DNA of 64,000 nt from Eledone cirrhosa (taxonomy: Eukaryota): assembly GCA_964016885.1 (NCBI GenBank), contig OZ024743.1:296236001-296300000 (forward strand), given 5' to 3'. The notes beneath the pieces are model-generated. The model searched no databases. It saw only the letters and a program-made list of their open reading frames with translations, and was not told the DNA's origin. How positions within the stretch are numbered: position 1 is the first letter of the stretch; each line of letters opens with the position of its first letter. The position numbers were made by a program, and so were the translations under genes. Positions 53,619-64,000 of this stretch are shown in pieces.

Positions 53619-53649
<31 letters not shown>

Positions 53650-54180
53650 GCAATTCGGAAAACAAAATTAACATCAAACGAGGAAGAATATATTGAGACA
53701 GATGCACTAAGGAATACTGGTGCAACCTGAAAATAAAAACTGCCACCAAATTAAAGCCCAACCGGCCTGATATTGTTGTTTGGAACGACACATTGAAAAC
53801 GTGTTCTGTTGTGGAGATCAGCTGCCAACTTGATATAAACGTTGTCAGAAAAATACAGGAGGAGGACATCTACGGACCATTGATGAGGAGTTTACAATCC
53901 AGTATCCAAGATATACCTTTAGCTTCATACCCATCATTATTGGAGCTACCGGTTATATACCAACCCGCTTGGACCAAAGTATGACTGAACTTGGATTTGC
54001 GGACAAAAAGCGCAGCTCCCTAATTCATAGTCTACAAATGAATGCGATAGCTGGCACCTTCAAAATTTGCAAAACATTCTTGCGATTCAAGGGATGACAA
54101 TTTCTTTTCTTTTACAACCTTGCCACCAGGAGGGTGGCCGGTCAAAAAAAATGTACCCGAAATTAAGAGAAAGAGATAAC
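53650..54180 (+). mobile_element. R4/Dong-clade LINE, short 5'-truncated copy in (CATA)n
   Basis: Matches 56930-57462 (RLE domain + 3'UTR). Confidence 0.9.
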
Positions 54181-54673
54181 ATACGTACATACATTCATGC
54201 ATACATACACGCATTCACAACAATACACACACATACACATACATACATATATCCATACACACATACACACATACATACATAAATACATACATACATAAAT
54301 ACATACATATATACATACGTACATACATACATAAATATTACAACCTTGCCACCAGGAAGGTGGTCGGTCAAAAATATACTCGAAATTAAGAGGAGAGACA
54401 TACATACATACGTACGTACGTACGTACATACATACATACATACATACATACATACATACATACATACATACATACATACATACATACATACATACGTACG
54501 TACATACATACATACATACATACATACTTACATACATACATACATATATACATACACACATTCATACAATACACACAAATACACATACATACATATATCC
54601 ATACACTACATACATACATAAATACATAAATACATACATATATATATATACATACATACATACCTACATACAT

Positions 54674-55084
54674 ACATGGTGGTGGCTGCCAACTCGTTTT
54701 CGAGTACGGCCACTACTCCATGTAGGAGAACTCCTACCGATGCGCTGAACGAGTGTGACTTTTTAGTCCAGCCAGCGACTTGAAAACTCTGGTACAAACA
54801 CTACACTTGTGACAATTATTGACACATAGTTCTGGGCCCATGGTATCATGTGACGACAAGTGCAGAGAGATCTCCAGATATAAAGCAATGCCTGTGACGT
54901 GAAGCTTTTATAGTGAGCAAAGGCACTGCACAAAGCCAGTCCCACTCTCTTAACCAAGATGATATTTACCAAAAAGAAGAACAAGTCAACATCATTGGAT
55001 ACCATCAGAGTTGCAGGTGTTATATCAGAGTTTTCCTTCTCCTAGAATTCTGCCTTGACAAAGGCTAAGGGGTCATCTCTCCCA
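54674..55084 (-). mobile_element. Non-autonomous RTE derivative, 5'-truncated
   Basis: Matches 58174-58587. Confidence 0.85.
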
Positions 55085-55131
55085 ATATATATACATACAT
55101 ACATACCTACATACATACATACATACATACA

Positions 55132-55164
<33 letters not shown>

Positions 55165-55220
55165 CCATACACCCATACATACATAAATACATACATACAT
55201 ACATATATACATACATACAT

Positions 55221-55273
<53 letters not shown>

Positions 55274-55489
55274 TACATACATGCATACATACACACATTC
55301 ACAACAATACATACACATACATACATATATCCATACACACATACACACATACATACATATATACATACATACATTCATACATATATACATATATACATTC
55401 ATACATACATACATACATACATACATACATACATACATACATACATACATACATACATACATACATACATACATACATACATACATACG

Positions 55490-57462
55490 TGCATGTATGA
55501 TTCAAGAAAAAACAACAAAGAATCACAGAAACATGACTGTGGTGTGGCTGGACTATCAAAAAGCATTTGATAGTGTACCTCGTGGGTGAATTGTTAAGGC
55601 TTTACAGTTAGCCAAAGTCCCACAACCACTGGTAGCTGCTGTTGAACATCTGACCAAGAACTGGTACACCAATTTGATCCTTAGAGGTGAGAAGTAGCAA
55701 GTTAAGACTGATAAGATACATTACCAGAAGGGCATCTTTCAGGGTGATAACTTGTCAGTGCTACTCTTCGTTCGCTCACTAAATCCACTATCTTACCTAC
55801 TCAGGAAACAAGGTGGACAAAGAAGTGGGTCCAGAAGTATCTCCCATCTTTTCTTTGTTGATGACCTGAAGTTGTATGGGCGAAATATCAATGACATCAA
55901 GAAACAATTGGACCTCATTACACAATTTTCAACAGACATCAAAATGAAATTTGGTGAGTCCAAGTGTGCATATTTGGCAGTAAAACGTGGAGGAGCTGTG
56001 CCCTCCTCTAGAAATCTAGACATGAACGGCCTGACAATACAACCTCTACAGTCAGGTGACAACTACAGATATCTTGGACAGGATGAGAATGTCAGATATG
56101 ATGGACCCATAAATAAGGAGAGAACCATAACTGAATAACTCAGAAGAGTAAAGAAAATATGGTCATCAGAACTGTCAGCGTACAACAAATACATTGCCCA
56201 CAATACTTATGCTGTGCCAATTCTAACGCCAACATTTGGCCTGCTGAACGGGTCATTGCAAGAACTAAGTGAGATGGATGTTAGAACTCGCAAACTTCTC
56301 AGTGTTACTGGGAACTTGAACATCAATGGTGATGTTGATAGGCTATACTTCTCACGCAAGGAAGGTGGCCGGGGTCTAAAATCCATATTAACATCATATG
56401 AGACCCTGATAGTAACACTGAAGCAACATCTTCAACAGAGGAAAAAGGTTGACAACCATCTTGCCCAGGTTTATGAGCATGAAAAAAAAATATCATTAGA
56501 ATAGCCACTGATCTGGAGGAGAGATATGGAATAAAGCCTGATATAAATCTCTCACCCAGAGAAATCGAAAGATCCTATTCAATGTTCAAACAAGATGAAA
56601 TAATTGACCAATTTACAGAAAAAGGTGTGCATGGATATTTGACACGTAAAACACAGACCATAGAGGGGATAAACCACTCAAAAAGCCTGGCATGGAGTTC
56701 CGACAAGTTTATGACATCACACCTTGATGGATATCTCTATGCAATGCAGGAACAAGAACTCCCTACCAAATATCTGCTGCACAAAAGGGGAGGGCCATCA
56801 GCTGACAATAAATGTAGGCTATGTAAAACAAAGATCGAGGATGTAAGCCACATTGTTGCCAGCTGCGAAAGAATGTCATCTCGCTACTACCTCCCCATGA
56901 GACACGATGGGATAGCTAGAACCATCTGGAACGCACTTCGGAAAACAAAATTAACAACAAACGAGGAAGAATATATTGAGACAGATGGCACTAAGGAATA
57001 CTGGTGGAACCTGAAAATAAAAACTGCCACCAAATTAAAGCACAACCGGCCTGATATTGTTGATTGGGACCACACATTGAAAACGTGTTCTGCTGTCAAG
57101 ATCAGCTGCCCACTTGATGTAAACGTTGTCAGAAAAATACAGGAGGAGGACATCTACGGACTATTGATGAGGAGTTTACAAATCCAGTATCCAAGATACA
57201 CCTTTAGCTTCATACCCATCATTATTGGAGCTACGGGTTATATACCAGCCCGCTTGGACCAAAGTATGACTGAACTTGGATTTGCGGACAAAGAGCGCAG
57301 CTCCCTAATTGATAGTCTACAAATGGCTGCGATAGCTGGCACCTTCAAAATTTGCAAAACATTCTTGCGATTCAAGGAATGACAATTTCTTTTCTTTTAC
57401 AACCTTGCCACCAGGAAGGTGGCCGGTCAAAAAATATACTCGAAATTAAGAGAAAGAGAGAC
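55490..57462 (+). mobile_element. R4/Dong-clade non-LTR retrotransposon (RT + CCHC + RLE), 5'-truncated, with stops, in (CATA)n
   Basis: WLDYQKAFDSVP, GIFQGDNLS, SHLFFVDDLKLY, MKFGESKC, YRYLG, RLYFSRKEGGRGL, QEQELPT, CRLCK..EDVSHIVASC, RHD, HNRPDIV, PIIIGATG; stops at ~55587, 55695 and 56136; frameshift in the A-run at ~56485. Confidence 0.92.
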
Positions 57463-57840
57463 ATACATACATACATACATACATACATACATACATACAT
57501 ACATACATACATACATACATACATACATACATACGTACGTACGTACGTACGTACGTACGTACATACATACATACATACATACATACATACATACATACAT
57601 ACACAACCTTGCCACCAGAAAGGTGGCCGGTCAAAAAAATATACTCGAAATAAAGAGAAAGAGATAACATACATACATACATACATACATACATACATAC
57701 ATACATACATACATACGTACATACGTACATGCATACATACATACATACATACATACAAACATGCATACATACATACATACATACATACATACATACATAC
57801 ATACATACATACATACATACATACATACATACATACATAC

Positions 57841-57993
57841 ATGGTGGCTGCCAACTCGTTTTCGAGTACGGCCACTACTTTATATCCATGTAGGAGAACC
57901 TCTACCGATGCGCTGAACGAGTGTGACTTTTTAGTCCAGCCAGCGACTTGAAAACTCTGGTACAAGCACTACACTTGCGACAATTATTGACAC
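57841..57993 (-). mobile_element. Non-autonomous RTE derivative, 3' end only
   Basis: [30 protein letters not shown] plus 3' end plus (TATG)n. Confidence 0.85.
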
Positions 57994-58173
57994 ATACATA
58001 CATACATACATACATACATACATACATACATACATACATACATACATACATACACACACACATACATACATACATACGTACGTAAATACATACATACATA
58101 CATACATACATACATACATACATACATACATACATACATAAATACATACGTAAATACATACATACATACATAC

Positions 58174-58792
58174 ATGGTGGCTGCCAACTCGTTTTCGAGT
58201 ACGGCCACCACTTTATATCCATGTAGGAGAACCCCTACCGATGCGCTAAACAAGTGTGACTTTTTAGTCCAGCCAGTGACTTGAAAACTCTGGTACAAAC
58301 ACTACACTTGTGACAATTATTGACACACATAGTGCTGGGCCCATGGTACCATGTGACGACAAGTTCAGGGAGATCTCCAGATATAAAGCAATGCCTGTGC
58401 CGTGAAGCTTTTATAGTGAGCAAAGGCACTGCACAAAGCCAGTCCCACTCTCTTAACCAAGATAATATTTACCAAAAAGAAGAACAAGTCAACATCATTG
58501 GATACCATCAGGGTTGCAGGTGTTATATCAGAGTTTTCCTTCTCCTAGAATTCTGCCTTGACAAAGGCTAAGGGGTCATCTCTCCCAGTGATTTGGGATG
58601 GCCATTGACTCTAAAGAGCTCCTTTGCCCTTTGACAGGTTTTGTTTTTAGTCCTGCAGGATGTCCAAAGTCACCCTCCTCACCAAGAAACCTTGGTGGGG
58701 TTGCCAGTTTAGTCGCCAACGACCCGACCATGGGACAGGTTGTACTGGGATACATGTTACCAGTAGCACCAACTGGTGACCTGACTCAATAC
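58174..58792 (-). mobile_element. Bipartite non-autonomous RTE element (5'UTR fused to 3' end; Bov-A-like architecture)
   Basis: Minus strand has the RTE 5'UTR-type motif ctaggagaaggaaaactctgat and ends in a C2H2 finger remnant ([17 protein letters not shown]), a short 3'UTR and (TATG)n. Confidence 0.75.
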
Positions 58793-58861
58793 ATACATAC
58801 ATACATACATACATACATACATACATACATACATACATACATACATACATACATACATACA

Positions 58862-58892
<31 letters not shown>

Positions 58893-59419
58893 GCATACAA
58901 TATGTACGCTAACATATTGTATGCATATGTATGCCAGCGACTTGAAAACTCTGGTACAAACACTACACTTGCCACAATTATTGACACATACATACATACA
59001 TACGTACGTAAATACATACATACAAACATACATACATACATACATAAATACATACATATGCATACAATATGTACGCTAACATATGCAATACACACATATA
59101 GAGATGAATAGACACAATTACAACACACATTAGGATCACACAAAGAAGTAACATACACAGTGAAATTCACACGAACATATGTGAAAATGAAAACTAGAAA
59201 ACATAAATTAACAAAACATTATAGCAAAATACTTTAGGAACTGTCAAAGTATATTTATAAAATACAAGCTTTGACATTTATCTAAGAGAAACATGAAATA
59301 AATGATTTCCTATAGAATTCATTAAGAGCTTATCACTTTGGATACTGACAAACATTCTAAATTATATTTAAAAGAAAACGAAAAATTGAACATTATATAT
59401 GTTTCTATGTATATATATG

Positions 59420-59452
<33 letters not shown>

Positions 59453-59589
59453 TAATAATAATAAATTTGAATACTGTATGTATGTATATATATATATATG
59501 TATGTATATGTATTATACTTAGAATAGAAAGAATATATATATTATACTTAGAATGGTTTAAACACATATATGTGTGTATACATCATATA

Positions 59590-59629
<40 letters not shown>

Positions 59630-59714
59630 GTATATATATATACATATATATATGTATATATATATATACATATATATATGTATATATATATATATATAAT
59701 GTATATATATATAC

Positions 59715-59745
<31 letters not shown>

Positions 59746-59789
59746 TACATATATATATGTATATATATATATATATATATATACATATA

Positions 59790-59898
<109 letters not shown>

Positions 59899-60074
59899 AA
59901 TTCCGAACGTGAAAATACTAAAAACGGAAATCTATTAAATCACTTACCTTATTGTGTATTCATTTATTTTATATATTCTTTCGATTGCTCTTTTCTGTTT
60001 ATTTTCTTCTATGTTTTATTTGCATAGGATGCATGTCTTTTTGATAATAGTAAACTGATAATGGTATATTATTT

Positions 60075-60332
60075 AAAATTAAATTAAGCGTCTCATGTCA
60101 GAGAGACATGCGCCATATCCACCGTAGAATATGTTCCAAGATTCCAATGAATAGATCCGAGCATTTTATATAAACTAGAAATTGATTGAGATCTATATAT
60201 ATCTAAAATAAACATATGAAACAATCACAGGGAATAATTTGTAAAAGTGTGTAAGCACATTCGAAACTTGGAGCATAATCTACGGTGGATATGACACATG
60301 TCTCTCTGACATGACACCCTTAATTTAATTTT
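60075..60332. repeat. Imperfect ~66-bp inverted repeat
   Basis: 60075-60140 is approximately the reverse complement of 60267-60332. Confidence 0.8.
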
Positions 60333-61234
60333 GGATATATATACGGCCCCTTAATTGTAGACCTAACTCAGTTGAAAGGACTCGGCTGCTATTTCTAGCT
60401 GTCGATAACCCTATTCACACCACTGGGGTGTGTATTTTAAAAAGATGCAACACGTGGTGCTAGTCATTCGCAGATTTGAATTAGCTGTGTAAACACAGAT
60501 AGTTAAATCTTCTCCCTTGTTGAAAATTCGAAATTTGGCTACTGTGGTTTACACATCGATTGATGGTGAAATATATTTCTTTAATGAAATATATACAAGG
60601 AAGATTAATCAATTTATGGGGTATCTATATTTAAAGTTCTAGTTAAACTTTAATTAGTTACCTACCTAGCTATGTGTGCTTACACACTTTTACAAATTAT
60701 TCCCTTTATATGTTTATTTTTGATATATATATATATATATATGTCAATCAATTTCTAGTTGATATATATATATATTTCTATATTAAATATATATATATAT
60801 ATATATTTAATATAGAAATGGCTTCTACAGGTCTAGAAGTGTTTCATTCGGGAGAAATCACCAGGAAGCCAACTGTCCAAGTAATATGGTCGTATTTATA
60901 CCTTTTCTGGTTTTTATTCTTCCGAATTATCCGTTACCAGCGACTAATTGATTTTTATTAATTCCTTCATTGAACAAAACTGGTATTGGTTAAACACCCT
61001 TATATGTATGTCTATACTTGTGTATAAATATGTATATATCTTCAATTAATTTGTTAATTACTCCCTTGTGGAAGATATAAAATGTGGCTGAATCAGACTG
61101 CTTCTAGCAACCCCGTTACTTGCTATTGTCCACCTACCACTGCGCTTCTGTTGACCAGTAATCACGTGATGATTCTTCCATTCTAAATCATCCCAGGTAG
61201 CGGATAGCTCGAAAGAATTTTTCTTGATTGAGAA

Positions 61235-61306
61235 GTTTCCTGATGAGCTGAGATTTCTCACAGTGCTCTCATAAACTGCGATTACTCAACGAAACTGAAG
61301 TTGGAT
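61235..61306 (+). ncRNA. Degenerate hammerhead motif
   Basis: ttc CTGATGA gctgag...ctcaac GAAA ctgaag TT gga, ~18 nt before (TA)n. Confidence 0.45.
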
Positions 61307-61319
61307 CATCAAAGTAAAT

Positions 61320-61452
<133 letters not shown>

Positions 61453-61465
61453 ATATATATATATA

Positions 61466-61621
61466 TATATTAAAATAACAGATTAAAGTTTAAGCAAAGA
61501 ATCGCTGGTTTCAGCCTTAACGGGATCTTCTGAAGATCCCGTTAAGGCTGAAAGCAGCGATTCTTTGCTTGAAGCTGAAACCAGCGATTCTTTGCTTAAA
61601 CTTTAATCTGTTATTTTAATA

Positions 61622-61622
<1 letters not shown>
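61466..61622. mobile_element. Miniature fold-back of the PLE-C pLTR
   Basis: Palindrome centred at 61531 with an internal re-duplication; matches 12468-12532. Confidence 0.85.
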
Positions 61623-61688
<66 letters not shown>

Positions 61689-61846
61689 CTTGACTCTGTT
61701 TTCCTGTGATTTTCATCGAAAAAATTTTTGAATACATCTTTTCTTTTCATGATATTTGGATTATATTGAGTTCTTCATACGGATTGGACACTACCGTATA
61801 TTTTGGTAGATTTATCTACATATATATATATATATTATATATATAT

Positions 61847-61935
<89 letters not shown>

Positions 61936-61936
<1 letters not shown>

Positions 61937-63030
61937 CAGTAAACTGAAATGGAAAGACACATCCAACACTTCATCAACCGCATGCAGTTTTCTGGCTACA
62001 ACCAAAGAGACAAAATCAGAGTATACAAAGCACCCACAGAGAAGTATAAGACCCTCAAAGAAATGGGCATGAAAGGAATTTTCCCATTATACAGGAGCAA
62101 ATCATGGAATAGCTTAGATAGGACTAAACATAAGATAGGGAAAGCCACTTCATGGTACGACAACCAGAGATACCAGAGTGTCATGTTCGTAGATGCTACC
62201 CCTGGGGGGAAATTAGCTAACCAACGTAGAAAGGACCTAAAAAAGACCCACTTATAGATTAAAGTGGTAGAAAAGCCAGGAACTACCATAAAATTCCTGA
62301 TCAGCAAAACATACCCCTTTAAGAAAACCCACTGTACTAATAAGAAATGTGTTATATGTAAAGTGAACACCCAGATAAACCGCAAAACTAAAAATTTAGT
62401 CTATAGCATAAGATGTACAGAGGGTACTTGCAGAAATATGACAACGACATACATAGGCGAGACTACTCGAAGCATAGGAGAAAGAATAGACCAACACTTG
62501 GGGGGAATTAAAAGGACAAAAAAAAAACGGTTCAGTACTATACAAACACGCCAGACAAAGATATGGCGGTAATATAGATAAAATAATATCTAAACATAGA
62601 AATGACCCAACAGGTAGGCAAATCAGAGAAGCAAGTGGGATAGAGCTTAGAAAACCAAAGTTAAACAGAAAAAACGAATGGAATAACAACAACCATACCC
62701 AAACAAACAATACTGACTTAAGGGAAATATAAATAAATAAATAAATAAATGAATAAATAAAAAAGAAATTGCGTAAACATTACAATACAATAGGAGGGAA
62801 CAAGATAATAGTACCACTGATGATGTTGCAGATGTGCAACGAAAGAACTTTGTATATATATATTTATATTTGTATTTTTAACCGTTGGTCTGTCAGTGAT
62901 AACCATTGATTGCGAAATATATTAACTATGGAGATATAAAAGATACAGAAGTGAAAACCAACCAAACAATGTGTTCTGTTATTATTTCTGGCAATATTAT
63001 TACAACAATATGACCCTGCCCAAGTATAAC

Positions 63031-63032
<2 letters not shown>
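61936..63032 (+). mobile_element. 5'-truncated diverged copy of PLE-A (thumb + GIY-YIG + tail) in (TA)n
   Basis: MERHIQHFINRMQFSGY...VMFVDATPGG...YIGETTRS, collinear with 9315-10655; stop at 62255. Confidence 0.92.
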
Positions 63033-63068
<36 letters not shown>

Positions 63069-63214
63069 TTTTGAGTTTATGTTGGTTGTATACCAACACC
63101 TCAGTATGCAGGCTGGAGCACTCGACGAAGTGCGCAGGTTGGTTTGGTTACTCCGGAGTAGTGTAAAATAAAGTTAAATAAAAGTCAAATGATTAAAATT
63201 TAGCTTCGTTTATT

Positions 63215-63269
63215 ACTGCTATATATATTTCAGTGACAGCCATCTTTGACTGTGACCTCTTCAGGCAGT
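63215..63269 (-). ncRNA. Type I hammerhead ribozyme motif
   Basis: Minus strand: actgc CTGAAGA ggtcacagtc aaagat ggctgtcact GAAA tatata TA gcagt. Confidence 0.8.
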
Positions 63270-63380
63270 TTGAATTAGTATGGTATAGACAAGTACATAT
63301 GTTGTTTAGGTGTATGATATTGTCAATACTCTGATATGCCCAGTTCCTTGTTGGGTTGTTAATTCACTGGGGAACTGGAG

Positions 63381-63423
<43 letters not shown>

Positions 63424-63647
63424 TAGATTAGAGCAAACATCACGGACGCTCTATCTCAAAATTATTTTTGAAAAGCATTAGAAATGCGCAACCGGTAAAA
63501 CTTAAAACCAAAACTGAATACTAACCAATACTATTACTAATTCTCACTTATTCCTAATTAAACTATTTTTCACTGTGAACAATTTGTCAGCATTTTCTTT
63601 TCCGTTTACCAATATATCATAACTTGTGTGTTACACCTCTATTCTTT

Positions 63648-63698
<51 letters not shown>

Positions 63699-63699
63699 A

Positions 63700-64000
63700 T
63701 AAATATTTCGTATCTCCAAAGAAATACGGTTTTAGGAAGCCGTAGATATGCAAACACCGGGGGGCTAATGCCCTCTGGTGGTGTCCAGCAGAAGCAAGGG
63801 GGACAACCGTCTATACATATCAGGCTTAACTGGCCTTCGTCGGGACGGTCCCTCCCACCGCTTGCGACTGCTGGACTAGAAGACAGGCGAGAATATATAC
63901 TTTTCTCGAGAATATATACTTTTACACAGACGAGAAAAGTATATATTCTCGCCTGTATTCTAGTCCAGCAGTCGCAAGCGGTGGGAAGGACCGTCCTGAC
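63700..64000 (-). mobile_element. Fold-back PLE-tail element with mutated hammerhead (63806-63849); runs off the window end
   Basis: 63838-63910 is approximately the reverse complement of 63931-64000; minus strand accgtc CCGACGA aggc cagttaa gcct GATA tgta TA gacggt; the other arm retains gtcCTGAC. Confidence 0.7.

Overview
Eukaryotic, very AT-rich, microsatellite-saturated DNA with no recognisable host gene. The SINE types and repeat content resemble a coleoid cephalopod (Octopus-like) genome, which is an inference. Almost all interpretable sequence is retroelement-derived. (1) Penelope-like elements (PLEs): one apparently intact, young element (773-aa RT + GIY-YIG ORF, 821-bp direct pseudo-LTRs), one 5'-truncated element with an in-frame ~160-aa Asn-rich insert and inverted pLTR, further truncated copies, and many short non-coding PLE-tail derivatives, often palindromic, inserted in (TA)n. 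(2) About 15 sequence-distinct type I hammerhead ribozyme (HHR) motifs carried by these tails, including core variants (U3-A8; A at position 4) and very long stem II forms. In several elements the fold-back point lies inside the ribozyme itself. (3) Three Tx1/L1-clade LINE copies. (4) R4/Dong-clade RLE LINEs nested in (CATA)n together with a non-autonomous bipartite RTE derivative in the opposite orientation. (5) Old RTE, mariner and tRNA-SINE relics. Most ORFs in the supplied track are microsatellite translations. All alignments and RNA folds were made by eye, and coordinates of degraded elements are approximate.
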